64,000 nt of DNA. It comes from a virus. Both the position numbers and the translations under genes were made by a program. Position 1 is the first letter of the stretch, and each line of letters begins with the position of its first letter. This document shows, piece by piece, positions 56,012-64,000 of the stretch. The stretch lies in IMG/VR virus record IMGVR_UViG_3300040801_001812, positions 509 through 64,508 of that record, one strand, 5' to 3'. Under the pieces are notes generated by a model. That model did no database searches and was not told the DNA's origin. It worked only from the letters and a program-made list of their open reading frames with translations.

Positions 56012-56329
56012 GACACCTATGCTGCCCTCCCGCAGGAGGGCTTAAAGGAGGCTCTACTTGAGGAGCGAGGGGTGGACGGTCTTCGGCACCCGGAGGACCG
56101 GCTTGCCATCGGTGGCGATGACGAGCACCGCGTTGGCTGCGGAGTTGAGTCGCTGGTTCTCGCCGCGCTGCATCGGGCGAACCTGCCCCACGGTCTCCTG
56201 GCCGTAACGATTCTGCGAAGCGAACACTTTACCCTTGAACATACCAAGTTCCTTTCTGGTTCGGTCGTTGACGATACGCGAAGGGACACCTAGCGAACCC
56301 TCCCGCAGGAGGGTTCAAAGGTGGCTCTA
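56012..56329 (-). repeat. two copies of an intergenic hairpin element (third, shorter copy at 54628-54644)
   Basis: GACACCTA..CCCTCC-CGCA-GGAGGG..AAAGG.GGCTCTA at 56012-56056 and 56285-56329. Confidence 0.75.
56054..56242 (-). CDS. small basic protein
   Basis: RBS GAAAGGA. Confidence 0.55.
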   Translation of the reverse strand: MFKGKVFASQNRYGQETVGQVRPMQRGENQRLNSAANAVLVIATDGKPVLRVPKTVHPSLLK

Positions 56330-56782
56330 GGCAAGAGCGAGCCGGATGCGAGCAATGCGCTTGGTGCGCTTGGGAGCCTTGGCAACGCACTCCCGAACGT
56401 GGGGGTCTTTCGACCACAGGATGTCGTCGTCGATCCAGCACTGGCAGAGCGCCTCGGTGAGCACGTGGTGGCACTCCTGGAGGCGCGTGAGCTTGTCGTT
56501 CGCCTCGGAGGCGAGCTTCGCTTCCTCGGGGCCTCCGGTGTTGTAGGCGGCGAGGTCAGCGCGAGCCGCGTTGATGGCGAGTTCGACCCGACCGTAGAGC
56601 TTGCTGAGCGCCTCACGGCTCAGGTAGCCGTTGGACTCGCGCTGGGCGAGGATGCAGCCGGTCCCCCGGCTCATCGAACGCTTGAACACCTCGCGGATTC
56701 CGGGGAGGTTGTGCCGTGCGCCCTCAACGATCTTTTTCGAACCCTTGACTTCGTAGAGTGCTTGAACGTAATACATGACCAA
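56327..56782 (-). CDS. hypothetical protein, first gene of the leftward block
   Basis: RBS GAAAGGA. Confidence 0.6.
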   Translation of the reverse strand: MVMYYVQALYEVKGSKKIVEGARHNLPGIREVFKRSMSRGTGCILAQRESNGYLSREALSKLYGRVELAINAARADLAAYNTGGPEEAKLASEANDKLTRLQECHHVLTEALCQCWIDDDILWSKDPHVRECVAKAPKRTKRIARIRLALA

Positions 56783-57027
56783 ATCCTTTCTGGTTTTGAG
56801 GGCGCACTTCTAGGCGCTCCAAGCCGCACAAGCGACGAGGGAATTCCCGGCGCAGGAGTAGCTGTGCCCTCTGTTGATAGGTAGACAGACGACGACGCGT
56901 AGAACTACCCTATAGGGGTAGTGAGACACACCCGGTACCGGGGTACAGGTACCCCGGATCTCCTCGGTGACGAGGTGTGGGCGTGACTCTCTCTGGAACT
57001 AGCTTACAAGATTTTCAGGTTTTTTTA

Positions 57028-57040
57028 TAAATCGTTGATT
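57028..57040 (-). promoter_or_regulatory. IHF-consensus site in AT-rich strand-switch region
   Basis: minus strand AATCAACGATTTA matches WATCAANNNNTTR. Confidence 0.4.
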
Positions 57041-57238
57041 TCAAAGGATTTAATCAGCCAAAAATACCCTTGTTGAGACGCTATCTCGCAACATTTTCGA
57101 GGGTATTTTCGATCAAATTCCCGAAAAATCCCTAGGAAAACCTTAGGGCATCTGTACCCGCGATTCCCAGAAACGACGTAATTTCCCGGCCAAAACAGTC
57201 CCAGGAGCTGTTCTGGGACTACCGGGATCACTCGCGGG

Positions 57239-58894
57239 ATGACGCATTTTGAGGCTCCCAGAAGAGTTATCGAGAAATCACCCCGAAAGCGGTTTATTAG
57301 ACAGGCGCTATCGCCCATAGGAGCATCTGTGACCCAGCCCGAGAACCACCTACGCAACTGGAGACACCAGACACTCGCGAATAGCGAGTATGACTACAGG
57401 TCTGAACAGCACCCAGTAAAGCGGCAAGTCAAACATTCAAAGCATTTAGCCAAGGATGCTGCCTTTAGAGGTATGGATCTCGTAACCGGAAATATCAGAA
57501 GCCGCATTTCAGGGGCTGTCGCGGATAAGGTCATTCATACTGGTGGTAAGGTCAAAGACCGACTCACCCCAAGGAGCAAGAAGAAGATGCAACACGACAA
57601 CGTTGAAGAAGGACTGGGCACTATTGCTGTGCAGGCTGGGCGCAGTATGCTGGCTTCCCGTGCTGGGCAACGCGCTGCTGCCTCCCGTGTGGGCCAGATG
57701 GTCAGCCGTACTCGCGCTGCCTACCAGAGGAACCCCGCTGCCTTCCGTCGTCTCGCCAAGATGAAGATCAAAGCCGCTCCCGGTGCCCTCCACAGGAAGT
57801 ACCGTGTAGGAAAAGTAGCCGTTAAACGGTCTGCTGTCGGTATGAAGGTCCGTGGAGCCAATCGGAAAGTTATGGGCACCCTTAACAGACGTCGTGCTGC
57901 GAAAGAAACTGCTCGTGCTGCACTCCGTAAAACGAACCCCGTACGCGCCGGGATAAATGACACAACTCGGGCTATCTCACGAGATATCGCTACCGGCGTT
58001 GCTACCGACACAGGCGTCCGGGTTGCCATGCACCACGTTCAAAAGAAGCTCCCCCAGGAGTCCTTCACCGAGATCATTCGCAATCACCTCTGGGAAGCGA
58101 ACAGTAACTTCACACCTGCTCAAATGGGCGCTGCCATGAAGAAGTACGCAGCCAGCAAGAACACACGCCCTGCCCGTAAGACCCAGTTCGGTAGCCACCA
58201 CATCGACAACGCGCATGTCGCGCATCTAAGGAGCGGTCACATGTCAGGTAAGAGTCACAACGCCCAGTCCTTCAAGATCAACCAGAAAACGAAAACCAAC
58301 GTCTCCGACAGTGTCAAAGAGATGGCGGCTACGATCTACGAGGATCAGGTCGTTAACGAGTGGGCACCTCTGGCTATTGGGGCTGCTCGGATGATCGGCA
58401 CTTCCGTCGCAACTGACGCTGTCATCAAGGGCGGGTCTAAGGTCGCTAATAAGCTAAAGAGAAAGCCCCGTGTCCGACGTATCGGAGAAGGGTGGGACGC
58501 CTTCGATCTCCGGGGCCACAAAACGCTTGGTAAGCCCCAACGCGCTATGGGCGGTGTGAAAGCCGGTCTCGCGATTGGTGGTACTCTTCTAGCGTCAAGG
58601 TATGCTGGTAAGAAAGTCGCTGGTGCCCTCATGAAGCGCGACAAAAAGCTCGCTGCGAACGCTGAGAAAAACCACGCCTCGAACGTGAAACGTATCGCCA
58701 AGAAGATCAAAGACAACCCCGACCAACCTATCCGAAATCGCATCCGCATGAAGGGCCTAAAGACCTCTGCAAAATACCGCGACTACTCTTCGAAGATGCT
58801 CGGGAAGGCTCAAAAACGATTAGATCGTAAAGCAGCGAAGGCCGCTCGTAAGAACGAGAAGCTGAAGAAGCGGCTCGCCAAACTCGGGGCCTAA
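57239..58894 (+). CDS. very basic K/R/A-rich protein (start uncertain, possibly 57473 or 57587)
   Basis: 551-aa ORF with coding-like codon bias in the downstream part; one of only two convincing plus-strand genes. Confidence 0.7.
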   Translation: MTHFEAPRRVIEKSPRKRFIRQALSPIGASVTQPENHLRNWRHQTLANSEYDYRSEQHPVKRQVKHSKHLAKDAAFRGMDLVTGNIRSRISGAVADKVIHTGGKVKDRLTPRSKKKMQHDNVEEGLGTIAVQAGRSMLASRAGQRAAASRVGQMVSRTRAAYQRNPAAFRRLAKMKIKAAPGALHRKYRVGKVAVKRSAVGMKVRGANRKVMGTLNRRRAAKETARAALRKTNPVRAGINDTTRAISRDIATGVATDTGVRVAMHHVQKKLPQESFTEIIRNHLWEANSNFTPAQMGAAMKKYAASKNTRPARKTQFGSHHIDNAHVAHLRSGHMSGKSHNAQSFKINQKTKTNVSDSVKEMAATIYEDQVVNEWAPLAIGAARMIGTSVATDAVIKGGSKVANKLKRKPRVRRIGEGWDAFDLRGHKTLGKPQRAMGGVKAGLAIGGTLLASRYAGKKVAGALMKRDKKLAANAEKNHASNVKRIAKKIKDNPDQPIRNRIRMKGLKTSAKYRDYSSKMLGKAQKRLDRKAAKAARKNEKLKKRLAKLGA

Positions 58895-58896
58895 TC

Positions 58897-59442
58897 ATGC
58901 GTACAGATAGTTCTGATGCCGTCTTCCGTGTCCTCGAAGAGGGGCGCGTGATTGGTACCTTGAGAACCGCCCACAAGGGCTACAAGGTCTTCTCCGGGCA
59001 CAAGGCCCAGGCAGCGAAGGCTGTTGCTGCTCTAGCGGCTACGAGGGCTGTCTACCGCTACGGCGAGAAGAAGGTCATGGTCCGCAACCCCGCTCTTGCT
59101 CGTGACCATGAAGCTACCGCCCGTGCGATGTCCAAGATCCACGCCGACAAAGCCCTCAAATCAAAGAACTTCATCAGCCGTAGGTTCCACGTGAAACGGG
59201 CTGGTGGGTACGCCAAGGGTGCTAAGAGATACGCCGGTATCGCGAAGCTCGGTGACAAGAAAGCCGCCTACCACAACGCGAAGATCCGTAAGGGCCTCAA
59301 GCGTTGGGCACACGTCAACGAGGGCGTGAGACTAAGACTAGCCAAATCCGCTATCTCTTCCTTGAACCCCGTTGCTCACCTCAGCTCAGCCAGAAAAATT
59401 GGCAAGAAAATCGGAGCTAAAGTTATTGGCAAAACGGTATAG
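58897..59442 (+). CDS. very basic K/R/A-rich protein
   Basis: 181-aa ORF starting 3 nt after the previous stop. Confidence 0.65.
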   Translation: MRTDSSDAVFRVLEEGRVIGTLRTAHKGYKVFSGHKAQAAKAVAALAATRAVYRYGEKKVMVRNPALARDHEATARAMSKIHADKALKSKNFISRRFHVKRAGGYAKGAKRYAGIAKLGDKKAAYHNAKIRKGLKRWAHVNEGVRLRLAKSAISSLNPVAHLSSARKIGKKIGAKVIGKTV

Positions 59443-60442
59443 GCCACTCCGGAACAGACACCGAGGCCGCATTTTCGAATGCGGCCTTTAGTGTTTCTGG
59501 AGACACGTCATTCGGATCCCCATCCTCCAGGTAGACATACCTCGCTGGCAACCCCGCCCCCATGCTAGCCATGGACGCCTTGGCATCAGCGTCCAAGCAG
59601 ATGTACACCTTCTCGATCTCGCGCTCCTTGATCACCGACCGGTGATACTTGTGCAAGTTCTTACCGAGAAGGGGAACCGCAGGGATCCCCGTGTGCTTCA
59701 TGATGGACCACGCATCGAAGGGTCCTTCACACAGGGCGATAGTTGTACCTACAACTAAATGCTCATTGATCATGGAGACCTTCGCCGAATATCTGGTGTA
59801 CCTCGACGATGAATGGAAACTCTTCGTCTGCGGGTTAGGTAGAATCGACCGTGTCGTCCAGAACGTGAGTTCCCTACCGAACCTTCCGAGACAAGGGATG
59901 AAGATATGCCCGTGGTATGGAGACCCAAGGTGGTAGCAGAAGTGCAGCCTATACCGATGGATATCCTTACGTGTCACGCCCCTGCCCTCAAGGTAGTCGT
60001 ACGCTCGGGCATAGAGCTTCTGTGCCATCTTGTTGGCCCACGGCTCAGGGTTCCCGTACAGAGGACGAACGCCTGTAGGGAACACACAGGGCTGCTCTGG
60101 GGTCCACAGATGATCCTGGGGCTTCTCCTTAGGCTTGACCACGGGTTCGAGGTCTGAGAGCGTAGGAGACTTGTCCTTGCCGATCAGAACGGCATCGATA
60201 TCCCGCTTCTTGATGGCCCCGATGTCCTTCAGGTGATAGAGGAACTTCGAAGTCGGTCCACGCTCCCCACAGACCCAGCACTGGAAGACGCCCTTATCCG
60301 GGTTGACAGCACACTTCTGCTTATCCGTCCCGCAGAAGGGACAGGGGACCATGAACTCGGATCCCCCGCTCACCACCTTCACGTCGGGCCATAGGCGCTC
60401 GACGAGCTGGGCCATGACTCTTGGTCTTGATGCTCTCGCCAT
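59423..60442 (-). CDS. DNA primase (zinc finger + Toprim)
   Basis: CPFC...GVFQCWVCGERG; ALCEGPFDAWS; ICLDADA; DPND. Confidence 0.88.
   Translation of the reverse strand: MARASRPRVMAQLVERLWPDVKVVSGGSEFMVPCPFCGTDKQKCAVNPDKGVFQCWVCGERGPTSKFLYHLKDIGAIKKRDIDAVLIGKDKSPTLSDLEPVVKPKEKPQDHLWTPEQPCVFPTGVRPLYGNPEPWANKMAQKLYARAYDYLEGRGVTRKDIHRYRLHFCYHLGSPYHGHIFIPCLGRFGRELTFWTTRSILPNPQTKSFHSSSRYTRYSAKVSMINEHLVVGTTIALCEGPFDAWSIMKHTGIPAVPLLGKNLHKYHRSVIKEREIEKVYICLDADAKASMASMGAGLPARYVYLEDGDPNDVSPETLKAAFENAASVSVPEWPIPFCQ
59464..59487. terminator. hairpin between convergent genes (probable terminator)
   Basis: AGGCCGCATT-TTCG-AATGCGGCCT followed by TTAGTGTTT on the plus strand. Confidence 0.65.
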
Positions 60443-61842
60443 TATGGACCCTGCGTTCCCATGGCACCCGTGAAGTTACCGCCCGAAGACCTACGTGTCT
60501 TCGTCTTGACGACGAGACCTTTGGCACGAGCCGTGTCCTCGTCAAACGCCTCGAACTGCATGATCCTGAAGTTCGGCTTGATCCAGACCTGTTTGTTGGC
60601 AGGTCCGAGACGTGTCTTAGCGATGTGGAGACGCATGATCTCCTTCTTCTTCTCAGCCTTGGTTTGGCTGATATTAACCATGAGATCGAGGGGAAAGACC
60701 TTACCGAAGGAACCGGAGATATCGTCCATATCGACTTCCTCCTTGTTCATACCTCCTCGGTTGGTCTGATCGGCAGTCCATATGGCCGTCTGGTACTCTC
60801 CAGCGAGACCACGAAGCATCGCGCAATTCTCTCCGAGGGCTTCCCACTGATCCTTGTAGTTGCCCACCATCTTGAGCAACCCGAAGTAGTCTACGAAGAG
60901 CGCATCGAGGGTCACACCTTCCTCCTCACGGAGACGGCGCATGTACTCCTCGATCTGGTGGATGCTGATGCTCTTGGTCGGATAGTACTGGACGTAGAGG
61001 GCACCCGGCTTGATGCCCGTGCGTTGGTACGCCTTCACGACGCCCTTAGCCACCTTCTTCGAGGCGACCGGGAGTACGTCAATAGGGATACTCGTATTAT
61101 GCGCGTCCATCCGGTCCATGATCTGATCCTCGTCCAACTCCAAGGTGATGAAGCCGACGTTGAATCCCTGCACGGACGCAGCCACAGCGAGCTGGCCCAA
61201 GAGAGCACTCTTCCCATGCCCTGACGCCCCCATGAGCATCGCCAGTGCCTTCGGGGGAACACCACCTCCAATGAGGTCGTCGAGAGCATCCATCCCCGTG
61301 GAAATCCGCATGTCCTGTCGTGCGGCCCGACGCTTGAGACGTTCGTTCGTGTCCGTCCAGTACTCGGTGAGGGGTGTCTGCTCACTGCCCGTGATCCTCG
61401 CCTTCGCGAAGAGTTGAACGACCTCGTCGTACTCACCCGCGTCCACGAGGCCACTCACCTGTGTGGCAGCGACGTACATGTGATGGACGGTGATGGCGTC
61501 GAAGAGCCGCTTCTTCACCCGCTTAGGGGAATACTTGTCGTGCTCCCACACCTCGTTGAGGGCATCGATCACGGCCTCGGTCTTCTCGTCATCGAGGTTC
61601 CCATCCTCACACGCGAGCTTGACCTCACTCTCCAACTCGTGAAACCGGGGGCGTTCCCCGAACTCTTCAATGAAATTCTTAAAGACCTGGAAAACCACGT
61701 CAGTGTCCGGGTCATTCTCGAAGAAGTCTTCGGGGATGTCAGCCACCACGGACTTGGCTGCGATCTTGTCCTTCAGCAGATAGGCGAAGGCGTCACGCTT
61801 AAAGTTGGGGTCAAGTAGTTTTAGGTTGTGTTGTTTGGCCAC
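60442..61842 (-). CDS. replicative helicase (DnaB/gp41-like SF4)
   Basis: STGMDALDDLIGGG, MGASGHGKS, ITLEL, FVDYFGLL, TADQTNR, KTR.G. Confidence 0.9.
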   Translation of the reverse strand: MAKQHNLKLLDPNFKRDAFAYLLKDKIAAKSVVADIPEDFFENDPDTDVVFQVFKNFIEEFGERPRFHELESEVKLACEDGNLDDEKTEAVIDALNEVWEHDKYSPKRVKKRLFDAITVHHMYVAATQVSGLVDAGEYDEVVQLFAKARITGSEQTPLTEYWTDTNERLKRRAARQDMRISTGMDALDDLIGGGVPPKALAMLMGASGHGKSALLGQLAVAASVQGFNVGFITLELDEDQIMDRMDAHNTSIPIDVLPVASKKVAKGVVKAYQRTGIKPGALYVQYYPTKSISIHQIEEYMRRLREEEGVTLDALFVDYFGLLKMVGNYKDQWEALGENCAMLRGLAGEYQTAIWTADQTNRGGMNKEEVDMDDISGSFGKVFPLDLMVNISQTKAEKKKEIMRLHIAKTRLGPANKQVWIKPNFRIMQFEAFDEDTARAKGLVVKTKTRRSSGGNFTGAMGTQGP

Positions 61843-61843
61843 T

Positions 61844-62992
61844 CTATCTCCTCCTTAAATCCCTCACGGGTACCTCGCTCCCATCCATACGTCGAGGAGC
61901 ACCTGTCCCGTACGTGAAGTACAGTAGCGTATCCGGATGCGCTTTGTCTATGGGGTTCACACGATCTTCGATGTCAGATATGACATGTTCGTCCAGGGGA
62001 TCCTTACCCTCGGCGATAGCCTTCCTGAACTCTTGCACGCGTTTGTAGTCCACATCCGACAACCAGTCGTAATCAGGGTCAGCGACCATAAGGGTCTTGT
62101 AGGGGGGTTTCATACCGCGATCCCGAAGACTCTGAAGCTGTTCCATAGACTCTTGGAATGTCTTCTCCCGCCCATCCTTGAGCGCGTCGTGGAGCGTCTC
62201 CAGGGCCGCGTACACCTCCTGCTTGGTTGCCCCTGCGTAGCCCCCACGCTCAGCCACAACAGCGTAGCAGCGAGCCAGGGACTCCGAGGTACGGATAGCT
62301 GACCGGCGCAGGTAGAACGGCCCCCAGTGTGCGGGATTCCCCCAGTACTGCTCTTCCGTCCTACGAGACCGTGCTGAACACCAACGGCCCACACGCCTGT
62401 CCACTGCTGCACCCGCGTCCCACGCACCCTGGTCCACCTTCCCCTGAAGGATGAAAGAAGAGGGCGTGAAGTCCAACTTCAGGAAGTCATCCAAGAACGC
62501 CTGACCGTGCTCACAGATGAACTTGAGGCTGGGGTAGCTCCACCCAGGTTGGGCCTGAACATCGCGCCACTTCCCTGTCTTCACACGGGCGATGGCACGA
62601 AGCGCACGCTGACCGGAGTCGGCATCCCCCTCGGCGATGAACATCTCGAAGATGAACGCCATGAAGTTCTCGGGATCCTCGACCTCCGAGAGCTGCTCAG
62701 CCAGATCATAGAACTCCTTGTAGTAGAACTTGGACTTCCGGAAGTCGGTCTTACCCGGCTTCATGTTGATCCGACGCATCCCACGTGGGTTCTTCTTGTA
62801 GTGGTAGTAAGGGGTGTCGTTGTACCGCTGGTAGACGATGTCGAAGTAGGTCTTCAGCAGCCGCAGGACGATGCACTCCGTCTCGTTCTTGCAGTAATCG
62901 TAGTCATCGTCCAGCAGCGCGTACGGTGGGGGATCGTAACCCCCGAACATCGTGCTAATCGACATGGTCAATCCTGTAGAAGAAGTTCTCAC
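61844..62992 (-). CDS. uncharacterised protein between the two helicases
   Basis: 382-aa ORF; start possibly at 62965 (MSISTM). Confidence 0.65.
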   Translation of the reverse strand: MRTSSTGLTMSISTMFGGYDPPPYALLDDDYDYCKNETECIVLRLLKTYFDIVYQRYNDTPYYHYKKNPRGMRRINMKPGKTDFRKSKFYYKEFYDLAEQLSEVEDPENFMAFIFEMFIAEGDADSGQRALRAIARVKTGKWRDVQAQPGWSYPSLKFICEHGQAFLDDFLKLDFTPSSFILQGKVDQGAWDAGAAVDRRVGRWCSARSRRTEEQYWGNPAHWGPFYLRRSAIRTSESLARCYAVVAERGGYAGATKQEVYAALETLHDALKDGREKTFQESMEQLQSLRDRGMKPPYKTLMVADPDYDWLSDVDYKRVQEFRKAIAEGKDPLDEHVISDIEDRVNPIDKAHPDTLLYFTYGTGAPRRMDGSEVPVRDLRRR

Positions 62993-64000
62993 CCTCGTAA
63001 ACCTTCAGACGCTGACGGTCATGACGCTCGGTGTACTTGTTGCCGTTGGTGAAGTAGTCACGGACGACTAGCTCACCATCGCCCTCCTTCCTCCGAAGCC
63101 CCCTGCCGATGCGCTGCACCGCAGCAACATACGCCTTCCCCCCGCCCACCAGGAAGAGGAGGTTAACGCTGGGGATATCGATGCCCTCGTCAGCGATCTT
63201 GGTCGTGATAACGCACTGAAGATCCCCACGACGGAGGCGTTCGAAGGAACGAGTGACTTTCTTGCTGGACGACTGCCCCGACACCACCTCAAACGGGCGG
63301 TACCCCAACTGGCGCTGGAGTGGACGAGTCAGCGCGTTCAGCTCCTCGTAGATGGACTCGGCCATCTCGACCGAGTTCCCCGTCAGCACGAGCATACGTG
63401 TGTTGGGTTCCATCAACGCGGCACGGATATCACTTGCGATTTCAACATGTCGATCTGTGTTTGAAACTAAAAGTTCTTTTCTCGCCGTTTGATAGTTCAT
63501 CTTGCGAGTTTTTTCTGATGTGAAGTCAAGTGTTTTGATTTCTAGTCTGGCTTTCGCGAGGTACGAGTGTTCCTGTAGCCACCGGGCGTTGAGGTCAAAG
63601 ACCACAGGCCCAACGAGACTGATCATGAGCATGTCTGAGAGTTCGTCGTGCTTCAGGGGTGTGCCGCTGAGACCTACACGGTAGTACGCCTCGGTGGCCT
63701 TGCCGATGTCCTGCCAGGAGTCGGCTGAGCCATGATGGCACTCGTCGAACATGAGCATATCTACTTCATTTTCAAGGTACTTGACAAATCGAGTCTTCTC
63801 TTTTTCGAACTTCTTGGGGTCCATGATCGGCACCCCTGTCTTCTTCTTGACCGGGACGCCCTTCTTGTTGAGGTAGAACGAGAAAGTATTGATAGAAGCG
63901 ATAGTTACGGTGCTGGGTTCAAACCCGTCCGGGGTGATGAACCCCACGTTCTCAGGACCGAGGAACCTCGCGAACTCCTGGTAGGTCTGCTCGATGAGGG
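62955..64000 (-). CDS. superfamily 2 DEAH helicase (UvsW-like), 5' part outside the window
   Basis: FDECHH, GLSGTP, TKIADEGIDIP, QRIGRGLR; frame stays open to the window edge. Confidence 0.88.
   Translation of the reverse strand, partial: LIEQTYQEFARFLGPENVGFITPDGFEPSTVTIASINTFSFYLNKKGVPVKKKTGVPIMDPKKFEKEKTRFVKYLENEVDMLMFDECHHGSADSWQDIGKATEAYYRVGLSGTPLKHDELSDMLMISLVGPVVFDLNARWLQEHSYLAKARLEIKTLDFTSEKTRKMNYQTARKELLVSNTDRHVEIASDIRAALMEPNTRMLVLTGNSVEMAESIYEELNALTRPLQRQLGYRPFEVVSGQSSSKKVTRSFERLRRGDLQCVITTKIADEGIDIPSVNLLFLVGGGKAYVAAVQRIGRGLRRKEGDGELVVRDYFTNGNKYTERHDRQRLKVYEGENFFYRIDHVD

Noticed and set aside
1-64000. tRNA or rRNA genes
   Set aside because: No cloverleaf/T-loop pattern or rRNA-like segment noticed by eye; a tRNAscan-SE run would be needed to exclude them fully.

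Overview
64 kb segment of a large dsDNA bacteriophage genome. It is gene-dense, and almost all genes are on the minus strand with Shine-Dalgarno sites and sigma70-type TTGACA-N17-TAnnnT promoters. No structural module, rRNA, tRNA or CRISPR array is visible. Left part (1-17.8 kb): dozens of small accessory genes, including DUF550 dNTP pyrophosphohydrolase-like, Lar-like, FmdB zinc ribbon and wHTH proteins. At 18.0-19.5 kb is the standout: a nuclease-less Nop-domain (IS110-related) gene whose stop codon overlaps a 19-unit, ~34-nt dual-repeat array with unique ~8-nt spacers. This is a TIGR-TasA-type RNA-guided system with shorter units than the 36-nt/9-nt arrangement I recall as typical. 22-34 kb: recombination/replication module (Holliday junction resolvase, SbcC/SbcD, RecA, gp32-like SSB, UvsY-like, and a split family A DNA polymerase whose UDG+exonuclease half is a separate gene). 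34-45 kb: tandem zinc-ribbon genes and a MoxR/CobS AAA+ / metallopeptidase-VWA operon interrupted by a NUMOD4-HNH endonuclease. 45-57 kb: small, probably early genes with repeated intergenic hairpins. Near 57 kb is a palindrome- and A-tract-rich strand-switch region, followed by two very basic plus-strand proteins, then primase, DnaB/gp41-like helicase and an SF2 helicase truncated by the window edge. All functional calls come from motif recognition by eye; no database searches were run.
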